Shown here: one piece after another, positions 1-12,229 of the stretch
Position numbering within the stretch: the stretch's first letter is position 1
How the letters are laid out: each line of letters begins with the position of its first letter
NCBI RefSeq assembly: GCF_006345805.1
Contig: NC_043003.1
Location: 26,412,001 to 26,476,000, forward strand
Length of the DNA stretch: 64,000 bases
Origin: Octopus sinensis
Taxonomy: Eukaryota
Direction of reading: 5' to 3'
Program-made: the position numbers and the translations under genes
The notes under the pieces: model-generated
The model's database searches: none
What the model saw: only the letters and a program-made list of their open reading frames with translations
Told to the model about the DNA's origin: nothing

Positions 1-19
1 ATTTATATATATATACACA

Positions 20-250
20 CACAAGACATGGATGAACATGGAAATACATTTACAGTATGGATCAATGTAGAAATATACATATAAAGGTTTGGTTGATGCA
101 AAATTTCATACACTGATTAGGCTGACTTGGAAACACACACACAAGGCTTGAGTTTATGTGGAAATACACACAAGGTCTGGGTTGATGCGAAAAATACACA
201 CAGGGCTTTGGGCCATGTGGAAATACATGCATAATGTTTGGATGAACCCG
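20..250. repeat. Degenerate ~31-bp minisatellite (about 7 copies)
   Basis: Recurring unit resembling atgtggaaatacacacaaggtctggg(ttg) with about 30-33 bp period. Confidence 0.6.
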
Positions 251-516
251 CGATGCTCTGTTAGAGGATACTCACCCACGATGCTGTAGAGAAGGGCTGA
301 CCTCCAGATCTCATAAATGCTAGTCAAACTTTTTGTCCATTGGGCCATTAATATTAAATATTAATAAATACAATACACATACATATATATATTCTGTCTA
401 ATTATTGTCCTGTCTGCCACAGAGAACTGTGTCAACTGTCATTTAATGACGAACAATTAGCTTGTTAAAAGAAATTGGAAATGGATAGATAATAAAGAGA
501 CCATATACATTTAGTT

Positions 517-610
517 ATGCATACATACATACATGCATGCATACATACATACATGCATGCATACATACATACATGCATGCATACATACATACATGCATGC
601 ATACATATAT
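517..610. repeat. Compound microsatellite with 20-bp higher-order unit
   Basis: atacatacatacatgcatgc repeated exactly 4 times at 521-600. Confidence 0.95.
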
Positions 611-880
611 CACTATCATCATTTTATAACTACTGTCCATATTATATATACAAACATATACACATACAAACATATACACATTTATGTATGCATATATATG
701 CGTGTGTGAGTGTGTGTGTGTGTGCACATGCACATGTGTGTGTGTGCACATGCACATGTGTGTGTGTGTGTGTGTGTATAATCACACAATGATGGTTGAT
801 CTGACAATATATATACATAAATTATAGAAATTGCTGTTCTCAGTCTGGGAAATATAAAACTCATTTGTGTATCTATTACA

Positions 881-919
<39 letters not shown>

Positions 920-1080
920 TGTGTGTATGTATGTATGTATGTATGTATGTATGTATATATGCAATTTCCATCATCCTTTTACATTTATTGACAAGGCAAC
1001 CGTCTCTGGACAACAGAGAATGTATTTGAATATATTTGTATTATGGCTGTTTCTATGTTTCCATGGTGATAGAACTTAAC

Positions 1081-1134
1081 CTGGTAGCCAGCTGAATGCG
1101 GAGACCCAATTTGTCAACTCAGCAACATTGGCTT
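1081..1134 (-). CDS. Putative internal coding exon (54 nt, phase 1-1) of the minus-strand gene: (E)ANVAELTNWVSAFSWLP
   Basis: Acceptor tccttgtttgtcacatttAG and donor cag|GTtaag; only the phase-1 frame is open; phase-compatible with the exons at 15135-15224 and 35011-35160. Confidence 0.55.
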
Positions 1135-1257
1135 CTAAATGTGACAAACAAGGATGTTTCTCAGGCAGTCCAACAATTGTCTGCTGGTTGATATAATAAA
1201 TAAAGTTGGTCAATCAACCATTTTTCTGTTGATAGCTATTCTGTCGCCTGAAACTGC

Positions 1258-1663
1258 TCTCTTTACTCTTTACTCTTTTACTTGTTTCAGTCATTTGACT
1301 GTGGCCATGCTGGAGCACCGCCTTTAGTCGAGCACATCGACCCCAGGACTTATTCTTTGTAAGCCTAGTACTTATTCCATCGGTCTCTTTTGCCGAACCA
1401 CTAAGTTACAGGGACGTAAATACACCACCATCAGTTGTCAAGCAATGTAAGAGGGACAAACATAGACACACAAACATATACACACGCATACATATATACG
1501 AGAGGCTTCTTTCAGTTTCCGTTTACCAAATCCACTCACAGGGCTTTGGTCGGCCCGAGGCTATAGTAGAAAACACTTGCCAAAGGTGCCATGCAGTGGG
1601 GATGAACCCAGAACCATGTGGTTGGTAAGCAAGCTACTTACCACACAGCCACTCCTGCACCTA
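1258..1663 (-). mobile_element. tRNA-derived SINE, family A (near full length)
   Basis: Head ggctgtgtggtaagtagcttgcttaccaaccacatggttc, central TA/TG tract, tail ggcggtgctccagcatggccacagtcaaatgactgaaacaagtaaaagag; many copies in the window. Confidence 0.9.
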
Positions 1664-2351
1664 TAAAAATCCTTGTGCATCGGCTGTTAGTCTTATGATA
1701 GAAAACTGCTGGGTTTTTTTTTTATAAAAAGGCATTGTCCCAGCATGTCTGCTGTCTAATGACTGAAACAAGTAAAGAAATAAAGATAAAAGTGTTTATT
1801 TTTATTCATTTAATCCTTTTGTGACCATATCTCTGTTGAAGAACACTTTTTGTTTGAATAATTTAGACGCTGGCATGGCTATAGGGTAAGAAGCTTGCTT
1901 CCCAACCACATGGTTCCGAGTTCAGTCCCATTGCATGGTACTTTGGGCAAGTGTCTTTTACTATAGCCTTGGGCGTGCCAAAGTCTTATGAGTGGACTTG
2001 GTAGAGAGAAATTGCAAGTACATATATATATATTTCTGATTTTGGTGCAAAACAATTCAGAACGCTGGCAGACGTCAATGTGACGAGTTGAAATTTTTTC
2101 ACATGGTAAAACATGCTGATGAAAGTTAAGGCTTTTTACCAGAACTCAAAATCATGATACAAGTGTATCCAAATACTAAAATATATAGCATTGAGCTGTC
2201 TTGATATGTTAAAATTCTTTAATCTGTTCACCTGACAACTGTTGTCTTTCTGTTGAATTTTTCAGTGTTATTGGTGGTTTAACTGAGAGTTTTAACTCCT
2301 CTTTCTAGCAGGTAGGTGCCTTGTGCGCCCTTATGATAAATATATGTATAC

Positions 2352-2805
2352 TAACTGGCCCCATGCCATCAAAAAATGACGGCTAATTGTAGTATTTTAT
2401 ATATAAATATGGATGGTAAATCAAATTAATACACTTGTCAAGGTTATCTAGTGGTTGTCTTTTGAGATGTGACATCGATCATCGTTTGTTACTGAAAGAA
2501 CACTGGCTTACACATACAAACATTCACATACTTCACTTGTGCATGCACATACATATACTCACACAGAGTTGAAACGCTTTTTGATTTTTCTTTCCAGAGT
2601 TGACTGTTCACCATCCTACTTCTATTGCACACACACACACACACAAACATTCACATACTTCCCTTTTACATACACACACATTTACTCACAGAGTTGAAAT
2701 GCTCCCACTACTAGTTTGCCATCCTCCCTTCCTTCCTTATTCATCTATCTCCTCTTGCTTTCCCATTCATATGTTGTGACGGGGAAAAACACAAGAGTAT
2801 TATTA
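2352..2805. repeat. Unclassified dispersed repeat, copy 1 (copy 2 at 27961-28410)
   Basis: Colinear high similarity over ~450 bp starting ctaactggccc...tgccatcaaaaaatgacggctaattgtagtattttat. Confidence 0.85.
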
Positions 2806-2822
2806 GAGTAGATATATATACA

Positions 2823-3227
2823 CTCTTTTATTTGTTTCAGTCATTTGACTGTGGCCATGCTGGAGCACTGCCTTTAGTTGATCAAATCGACCCCAGGACT
2901 TATTCTTTGTAAGCCTAGTACTTATTTTATCGGTCTCTCTTGCCGAACTGCTAAGTTACAGGGACGTAATCACACCAGCATCAGTTGTCAAGTGATGTTG
3001 GGGGGACAAACACAGACACACAAACGTATACACACACACACACACACACACATATACATATATACGATGGGCTTCTTTTAGTTTCCGTTTACCATATCCA
3101 CTCACAAGGCTTTGGCCTACCGAGGCTATAGTAGAAGACACTTGCCCAAGGTGCCAGGCAGTAGGACTGAACCCAGAACCATGTGGTTCATAAGCAAGCT
3201 ACTTACCACACAGCCACTCTTACGCCT
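2823..3227 (-). mobile_element. SINE family A
   Basis: Same head, body and tail as 1258-1663. Confidence 0.9.
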
Positions 3228-3410
3228 GAGGTTGATAAAATAAGTACCACCTGAATACTGGGATCAATGTTGCTGGCCTTGTATCACCTTGAAACTAATG
3301 TTTATTGAATTAGTGTTGTTGTGGCCATCATAATTTAAATACTTGTTACAAATGTTGCTGTAGTAGTAGTAGTAGTGGTGGTCGTCGCTGTAGTAGAGGT
3401 GGTGATGTGA

Positions 3411-3722
3411 AAGCATATGGCTTAGTGGTTAGGGCATTTGGCAAATACTCGTAAGGTTGTGGGTTCGATTTCTGGCAGTGTGTTGTGTCCTTGAGCAAGA
3501 CACTTTACTTAATGCTTTTCCAGCCCACTTAGCTGGCAAAAATGCATAGTATCAGTAATCCAAAGGGCCAGCCTTGTCACATTCTGTGTCGAGCTGAATC
3601 TCCCTGAGAACTACTTAAAGGGTGACACATGTCTGTGGAGTACTCAACCACTTGCATGTTAATTTCACAAGCAGTCTGTTCTGTTGATTGGATCAGCTGA
3701 AACATTCATTGTCATAACCGAC
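3411..3722 (+). mobile_element. tRNA-derived SINE, family D
   Basis: tggcttagtggttagg (A-box) ... gggttcgatttc (B-box) head followed by gtgtccttgagcaagacactt; related copies near 14.3-14.6, 18.8-19.1, 26.8, 44.5, 45.0 and 57.9-58.1 kb. Confidence 0.8.
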
Positions 3723-4059
3723 AGATCGCCAGAAGTGGTGATGATTGTAGTAGTAGTAGTAGTAGTAGCAGCAGCAACAACAGTAGTGGTGATGGCAGAA
3801 GTAGTGGTAGTAGTTGTTGTGTAGTTGTGGTGGTGCATATTATCCCTGTGGTAGTAGTGGTGACGGTGGTTGTAGTAGTAGGAGTGATGGTGGTGATGAT
3901 GATAGTAGTAAAGTTGATGGTAGCAGCAGAGCAGCAGTAGCCGTCCAAGAATTTGGACCAGGAGATCTCCATTTCCAGCGACTTTGAGGGCCACTTCCCA
4001 GAGCCCTCGACTACAACAAGACGACCAAAGTTTTTTTTTCCAAGGTCTGGGGTCTCCTG

Positions 4060-4345
4060 CCCCTAAGCCCTAGACCATCACCTAATCACCCTTACTCGTC
4101 TTGTTGCTTATTTGAAGCTGCTGTTTAACCCCAGGTCAGCCCCCAAATGATCAGAACTAAGTGGTTAAAACGGATTATGGCCCTAACCATCCCCACCCTG
4201 TTCTGTTAAGGGCAGGAGAATGTATGATGTGACGTCATCTAACGTGTCCTTTCCATATTCAAAACTGTCCACCATGTGTGATTTTGAGAGAGATTAGGTA
4301 GCTATTTCTAGCAGCTTGCACAATCACATACAGGCTCCTTTTTTG
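4060..4345. mobile_element. Interspersed repeat family E (SINE-like, unclassified)
   Basis: tttaaccccaggtcagccc...gatttgagagagatt.g.tgctatttctagcag motif also seen near 23.2, 29.05, 42.2 and 60.4 kb. Confidence 0.55.
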
Positions 4346-4891
4346 TTATAGTTGCTATTCCTATTGGTGTTGGTGATAATGGTGGTGGTGATGGCCATGA
4401 TGGGATGTCTGATGCACTCAGCATGGCTGCTGCTATTTCCACTGATGTCCATGTAACTCTTGTTAGTGACTGTCCATTGTGGTTGTTGCTTCAATCGTTA
4501 TTGTTGTCATTGTTAATTCTGATCTAATTAATCATATGATCATTTTTTTTTTGTTTCTCTTTATTATTCCCCTTCCTCCCTCCCTCCCTCTCTCGACACA
4601 CACATTCATTCTACCTCGCATAATTTTATATGTATCCATAGCAACATCCTTAGCCATTGTTGGCAGGCCAAACCTTTTAACAACAACAACAATAATAAAA
4701 ACAATAAAAGTAGTCTATTATTATCGTTGATCCATCAATCCAAACTTCGTGTTCATTACATACATGGCTTCTATGTTCTATGAACAAATCCTTTATAATT
4801 ATTCATTTTATAAAAGACTTGCTGAGAATAATTCCAGATATTCATTTGCTAATTGGTCTCCTATATATATATATATATATATAATATATAT

Positions 4892-5262
4892 ATCGCTACC
4901 CACTAGGTAGTGGGTAGCGATTTCACTACTTCAGGGAGTGATGACCCTGCCTGACATGAGTCCCAGGCTCAGCTAGCTCCAGCTGACAGTACCCGGTATG
5001 GGCCCCTATCAAGGGTTACAGAAAGGAGACAACTTTCAAAGAAATCCAGAGTGAAGCCCAGTAGACATTTTAGTGTTCGACTCGACACTCTTCCGAGAGC
5101 TCATGCAACCAAGCTGGTGCCAAACGTAATGCTCTGCACTCCTTTAGACTACGTCAGCAAGGTCGAGAGAGGAATCCTGACGAATGGGCTACCCAGGATT
5201 TTCTTACATCTAGCCCAGGCCTGCGCAAAACTGGAGGACATGGAATGTAAAAACCAGATTGG
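4892..5262 (+). mobile_element. 5' fragment of an RTE-like LINE (5' UTR plus first endonuclease motif), headed by a perfect hairpin
   Basis: GC-richer island; frame P-A-Q-N-W-R-T-W-N-V-K-T resembles the GTWNVRT motif that starts APE endonucleases; 14-bp perfect inverted arms at 4892-4921. Confidence 0.5.
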
Positions 5263-5938
5263 ATTAGTTTATGCGCAACTCCATTGTCTCCCGAGACAAA
5301 AGGATGCCAACAATAACAACAACAATATATATATATACATATATGAAGCTTATGCCTATGTATGGACACAAGCATGGCCAAATAGTTAACATGTGTGTTT
5401 CTCAATCAGGAGAGTGTAGTCTAGATCTCAATATAGCACTTTTGGCATTTGACCCTTTTCCCAAGACTGTTCCACACCCTCACTGCCCATAGCCTTGGTT
5501 CAACCAAAGCTTTATGAATGAAACTGTATATCGTATGGTTTGTGTCTGTAAACTGAAAAACATGGTCTTCGTACACTTGAGTGTTCTTCTGGTTCTGTCT
5601 GAGTGTTATTAAATTATGACAAGTGTCTTTTGTGTAATAACAATCTGATCGCACGATGATCTTCAACATCATCGGCAGCAGCAAGAACAATGACATTCAA
5701 ACTCTCTTGATGTTTTGCTGTTTGTTATTTGTAGAAGGATATATTTTCACTTTGTTTATGAACAGAATAAATGTATTGCTTATCAAAAATCTCAACAGAT
5801 ATTAGAGTTCTTCTTTGTGCAAACTAAATTCACTCATGGCAGCAAGCAGTAAAGGGGACTGGACTTGAGAACACACGATTGGGGAGCAAGATTTTAAAGT
5901 ACACAACCATGTCTGAGAGATAGACAGATAGATAGAGA

Positions 5939-6169
5939 GGCGGCGAACTGGCAGAAACGTTAGCATGCCAGGCAAAATGCTTAGCGGTATTTCATCTGCC
6001 GCTACATTCTGAGTTCAAATTCCGTCGAGGTCGACTTTGCCTTTCATCCTTTCGGGGTCGATTAAATAAGTACCAGTTACGCACTGGGGTTGATACAATT
6101 GACTTAATCCATTTGTCTGTCCTTGTTTGTCCTCTCTGTGTTTAGTTCCTTGTGGGTAGTAAAGAAATA
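5939..6169 (+). mobile_element. tRNA-derived SINE, family B (Meta-domain-like core)
   Basis: ggcggcgaactggcagaaacgttagc head, core gaggtcgactttgcctttcatcctttcggggtcgattaaataagtaccag, tail gtgggtagtaaagaaatag. Confidence 0.9.
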
Positions 6170-6280
6170 GATAGATAGAGAGGCAGATAGACAAACAGAT
6201 AGATAGACAGGCAAATTGAAAATTTAAAAATAAAAATTAAATAAATAAGTAAATGAGTGGAAATTGAACTGGTGTGTTAA

Positions 6281-6672
6281 TTACCTCTGCCAAGGAAGGT
6301 GGTTATGTTTTCATTGGCGTTGGTTTGTCTGTGTGCAAAATAACTCAAAAGGTTGTGAACGGTACTTGATGAAACCTGCAGGAAAAGTTGGTGATGATAC
6401 AAGGAACAGATGATGAAATTTTGGTAGGGATCCAGGAATTTTTATGGATTCTTGAAGGATTTTTCCTTTGTTATATTTACTTTACATGAAGTATTACAGT
6501 TACATTCTTTGATTATCTCCCTTGAAAACACGTTCATTGTTTCCACGTAACCTTTGGTGACGTTGCTGTTTCCAAAGTTTATTTTCGTTTCTCTATTAGT
6601 AATTTTACTCGCGTATCTATCTTAAAATGAGCTGCTTGGCGGAGGTCTGCACTCGCCGAGAGCTTTTCTAGT
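6281..6672 (+). mobile_element. Non-autonomous Helentron-type (HINE/DINE-like) element
   Basis: Subterminal inverted repeats acctctgccaag / cttggcggaggt (11/12 match), 3' end ...gagcttttctagtt, TT insertion context; interrupts an older repeat seen uninterrupted near 46340-46460. Confidence 0.75.
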
Positions 6673-7394
6673 TAATAAGGCATTAAAACAGCATGTCGCT
6701 CCCCAGACATAACAAAATATGCTTCAACACACAAATTCACATAAAGAATCTTGCAAACCAAATACAAGCACATACACACATGCAAACATGTATCTATATA
6801 TATATAGAGGGAGGGAGTGAGAGAGACAGATAGAGTACTGATGATAATGGTGGTGGTTGGAGGACTGTTGTTTTCGGAAGATGGGTGGTGTAGACAAGTG
6901 TATGAGAGGAGAAAGGGTGGGTAAGCATGGGATTAACTAAATATTACATGATAAAAAAGAAAATATGAGGTGGATTATCTCAAATTGTATTAGATGAAGA
7001 TGATAGAGATGGGATTTAGAATAAATTGCACTAAGAGAGGGTGGCGTCTCAAATAATTACATATATTTAAGTGTCAATGTAGCTCTTTGTGTGCGTGTGT
7101 GTGTATGTGTATAGGTACATACATACCTATGTATGTATGTGTGTGTATATATATATACATATCTTTTATCTTCTACTTGTTCCTGTCATTAGATTGTGGC
7201 CAGGCTGGGGCACTGCCTCGAAGAACTTTTAGTCGGGTGAATTGTTCCCAATAAATATTTTTTTAAAGTCTGGTACATATTCCAATGGTCTCCTAACCAC
7301 TAACAACTCATGGGGATATAAACAAACCAGCAGTGGTTGTCAAGTGATGATGTGGGGACAAACAGGAAGAGAACACACACACACACACATATAT

Positions 7395-7645
7395 GCATAA
7401 TTTAAAAAATAGGATAAAATCTTTATAAGAAATTATTAAGTAGTTAGTGCAAAAAACCTCATAAGGGAAAAATTTATTAATTATTCCCTTTAAATATATT
7501 TATTTATATTAATGGCATTACTATACATAAATGCCTCATGCTAGGAGGGACTCTTAAAGTCAAAACTACCATAATAAATTATTGTAGTTTTGACTTTAAG
7601 AGTCCCTCCTAGCATGAAGCATTTATGTATAGTAATGCCCTTTAT
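7395..7645. mobile_element. Fold-back element related to the 36.3-37.7 kb hammerhead element (56-bp arms 7514-7569 / 7584-7639)
   Basis: Shares aaaacctcataag.ga and ggcatta..tacata.atgcc.ca.gcta.gagggac with the 473-bp unit; arms differ at one position; ends in (TA)n. Confidence 0.7.
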
Positions 7646-8675
7646 ATATATATATATATATTCAATGAGCTTCTTTCAGTTTCTGCCAACCACATCCATT
7701 CACACTCCTTCAGTTCTCAAACTTTTTGGGCCACCCCCACCCCCCTCATGGCCACATAATACCCTCAGCACCTCCATCCCAATTTTTATGTATAAATAAA
7801 TATTCTATATTTTACTAATTTATAAATACTACAAATTATGTGATATTTAATATAAAATTATATAATTTGCATACAATACTATAATGATATTATAATAAAT
7901 TCATAGCATCCCCCAATCCACTGCCTTCCTCCCAATGCCTCCTTTTTGTCTACTGCCCCCACCCCCTTTGGCACCAGCGCCCATCTAGACTGTTTCGACG
8001 CCCAATGGGAGGGGGAGCATGTTGAGTCCTAGGGCTATATAGAGAAGACAATTCCTGCTTTAGGTGCCACACAGTGGGACTGAATCTAAAACCATGTTGC
8101 TGATAAGCACACTTCTCACCACAGCTGAATGCATGCATACGTACATGTATGCATGCATGTATACATGTAATACATACATATATATGTATATTTGCCTGTC
8201 CCAAAATTCTTTGTGCTAATGAACTGTGTTATGAACACACATTCACTGTAAAGGACAAGTTGATCTCCTGTGATGGAACACAACAGCGATTAGTATATTT
8301 TTGGTTCAGATCTGCTGGAACAGATTAAAGAATAAATATGGAAATCATCTTGATTCTGTTCAACACACACACACACACACACACATGCATGCATACACAC
8401 ACAAACATACATAATTTATGCATTAGCATTAACAGTGAAGAATTTGATTATCAATTATAATTGATGCCAACATGGAAGATAGACAATTAAAGATGATGAT
8501 GATGATGATGACGATGATTTACAAGTACCATGCTAGACCAGGAAAATTGAAGCTCTCCCACGCAGCGCAAACATTGGATCTAAAACATTCCAGGTGACCG
8601 TGGGAGAGCCAGTGTTTTTTTTCTGTTCTTGATAAGTATTCAAAAGATCTATTTTATATTATGTGTGTGTACATG

Positions 8676-8708
<33 letters not shown>

Positions 8709-9688
8709 GTACTTGTCAATGTGTATAAATACATACATACACACTCACACACACACATATATACATATACACACATGTATGTATGTATATATATATATAT
8801 ATACACGCACACATATATATATCTGTGTATATGAGTATGTTTAGGTATGTGTTTGGTTAGCTGTATGAAGTTGTATACATATGTCTGTGTATGTTTTGCG
8901 TATATTTGCATATAATTTATAATCATTTTTTTCTTGTGTGTTTGTAAGTGTGCACGTCTAGTTATTCTTTAGCTCCAGGGCAACACTGACACTGGCAGAG
9001 CACAGTTATGACCTATCAAGGCTGACCTGTGGTTAAACACCAGCACACATTCACCCATACTCACACAACATACATATACACACATATATATATATATATT
9101 AATGTTTGTATTTATGTCAAGTTATATATAAAAAATAATTTAGCATTAAACTGAAGGATTGATCTATACTTTTTAGTAAAATAACATTCTTTTATTCTTC
9201 TACTTGTTTCTATCATTAGACTGTGGCCATGCTGGGGCACCGCCTTGTGGAATTTTTTAATCAAACGAATCGACCTCAGAATATATATATTTTTTTAAGC
9301 TTGATACTTATTCTGTTGGTTACTTTTGCCTAACCGCTCAATTACATGAGCATAAACACATCAACACTGGTTGTCAAGCAATAGTGGGGAACAAACACAC
9401 ATACACACACACACACATTGGTATTAGGAAGGACATCTAGCCATAGAAACCATGCCAAATCAGGCTGAAACCTGGTGCAGCTTTCCAGCTTACCAGTTCC
9501 AGTCAAACTGTCTAACCCATGCCAAATCCACTCACAAGGCTTTGGTCAGTCTGAGGTTATAGTAGAAGATACTTGCCCAAGGTGCCATGCAGAGGGACTG
9601 AACCCAGAACCATGTGACTGAGAAGAAACTTTTTACCACATAGCCATATATGTGCTTATTCAAAGAATTTTATAAAAAGCAAGGCTGA

Positions 9689-9733
9689 CAGTAACTTCGA
9701 AGTTTCAGCTTGCTTCTTGCCTTCATCAGACTC
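9689..9733 (-). ncRNA. Degenerate minimal hammerhead ribozyme motif
   Basis: agt-CTGATGA-(damaged stem II)-GAAAC-ttcgaa-GTT-act; palindromic stem III aacttcgaagtt. Confidence 0.5.
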
Positions 9734-10085
9734 TTGCACATGTGAGTGTGCATGTGTGCATATGTGTGCATGTATGTGCATGCATGTATATATTTGTGTG
9801 TGTGTAGGCATGGTTGTGTGTTTAAGACATTTGCCTCACAACCACTTGGTTTCAGGTTCAATCCTACAGTGCAGCTAAGTGCCTTTTCTTTTGACCCCAG
9901 GCTGACCAAAGATTTAATAGATTTAATAAACAGAAACTGTAAGAAGCCCATCGTGTGTGTAAGTTTGGTGAGAGAGAGACAGAGAAGAGGAAAGTGAATT
10001 ATGTGTATGAATGTGGCTGTATTTTTAAATACTCATGCAAAAAATTAAAAGTTTATACATACATCTAAATATATATACGACACAA

Positions 10086-10132
<47 letters not shown>

Positions 10133-11866
10133 GATATCCATATGGTGACACAAGTACAGCTATATCTATGTGGATAATTGTACACACAATCATTAAACAC
10201 AAACACATGCATAAATGTACACAGATACATACATATATACCTATACGACAATACACATATATACATATACAAACACATAGAGATATTTGTGTATACATAC
10301 ACACACACACATATACACATATACATGTGCATGCAGATATATGTACGTGTGTGAGTTTGTGTGTGAGAACATACCCATGTGTTTGATTATCTATACATGC
10401 AAACATATTCTTACATTTATAGGTCCCTGACTAAGTGAATATGTATATGAGTGTGTGTGTATACATATGTGTGTGTACGTATGTGTGGTGTGTATGTGTG
10501 TGTGTGTGTGTGCATGTGTGTGTGTGTGTGTTTCCCTCCCGCCTCTACATGTCATATTGATATCCCAATATCAATAAATGATTTAATTTCCTTCTGAACT
10601 GATCTTTTATTAGATATCCCATATCACCACCATATTCAACCACCATTTTCACACACCACCATCTGCTTAATTCTTTTGATATCTCGAAAAATCAATCCCG
10701 CACTTTGCCCATCCCACTACCTGCACCCCCTTGCATCCAACACTGTTCACCTCCACCTGAACCCCCCCAGCCCCCTTACCATAAAACACGTAGCTCAGAA
10801 CACATATTTATAATCACTAGCCACCACCATCATCACCAACATTGCAATCATCATCAGCGCTATCATCACTATCAACAACTGAAATACTACCACTATCATT
10901 ATCAACAGCATCATCGTTATTAGTTTGCAAATGTCAGTTGTTATATCAAATATTATATGAACATTTTTTTATGCACGTAATAAGACCTCCTCCATTGTGA
11001 AAGGGTCTGCCTCACTTGATTGGAGGATAATTTGGAATATTAAGAACTCTGTTCAAAACGAAGGCTACGTGAATGCAGTGTGTTTTTTGTTTTTCATTTT
11101 TTTTCTTTCCGTCTTATGTTTTTTTTTTACCATGCTAGCATGGGTTAGATGAAAACATATTAGTGAAATAGTGTTTTTACAGCTGGATGCCTTCCTTTTG
11201 CTAACCTTTACCTGTTTTTCAAATAAGGGAGTTTCCATTCCACTTGTCTCTGACAGTATAGAAATACCAGATAGTCAGCTGACAGAGAAATATCAACAAA
11301 CATTGCCTATTGATCAAAGATCTTTGTTTTTTTAGAGCAATGCAGAGTTTAAACATTCATAGAGACACACACATGCACACTGTCCCAGGGTACCATGCAG
11401 TGGGACTGAACCTGGAAACCATTTGGTTGTGAAGTAAACAACTTGACCACATAGTCATACCAGTGCTTGATTACAATTTTTTTTTTATTCCATGAAAGTA
11501 TTTTTAATCCATTTGAGTTACATAAAATAATGATTTACGTCGCCCTTTTCAAGCCTAGCCAAGCTCATGGGCCTGGTTTCCCGGTTTCTGTGGCATATGT
11601 GTTCTCCTCAGCTGGACGGGATGCCAGTCCATCACAGCATTACTCAAGAAACAGGAAAAGAGAGTGAGAGAAAGTTGTGGTGAAAGAGTACAACAGGGGT
11701 CGCATCCACCCCCTGCCGGAGCCTCGTGGAGCTTTTCGGTGTTTTCGCTCAATAAACACACACAACGCCCGGTCTAGGAATCAAAACCGGTTACATCAAA
11801 TAATTACACAAAATAATTAAGATGATTATGTAAAGTACAAATATAACTTTAAAAGATACAATTGAA

Positions 11867-12216
11867 AAGCTTACTTCCTAACCACATGGTTCCCAGTTCA
11901 GTCTCAGTGCTTGGCACCTTGAGCAATTGCTTTCTACTATAGCCTCAGGTGGACCAAAGTCTTGTGAGTGGATGTGGTAAAGAGAAAATGAAAGAAGACC
12001 ATCGTATGTGTGTGTTTGTCCCCCACCACTGTTTGACAACCAGTATTGATATGTTTAAGTCCTGTAACTAAGCAGTTCAGCAAAAGAGACCAATAAAACA
12101 AGTACCAAGCTTAACAAAAGAAAGTATTGGGGTCAATTCATTTGACTAAAAATTCTTCAAGGCAGTGCCCCAGCATGGTCACAGTTTAATGACTGAAGTA
12201 AGTAAAAGATAAAAGA
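11867..12216 (+). mobile_element. SINE family A (diverged)
   Basis: Family A body and tail. Confidence 0.8.
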
Positions 12217-12229
12217 TGAAAGCAAATAG

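Noticed and set aside
276-335. Strong minus-strand donor (gg|GTGAGT at 276/275) as the next exon of the candidate gene
   Set aside because: No acceptor is both strong and phase-compatible in a convincing way (options give 8, 21 or 44 nt); left unresolved
3411-3480. tRNA-like A/B-box heads (also at 26760, 44465, 44985)
   Set aside because: They continue into SINE bodies and lack a full cloverleaf; SINE heads, not tRNA genes
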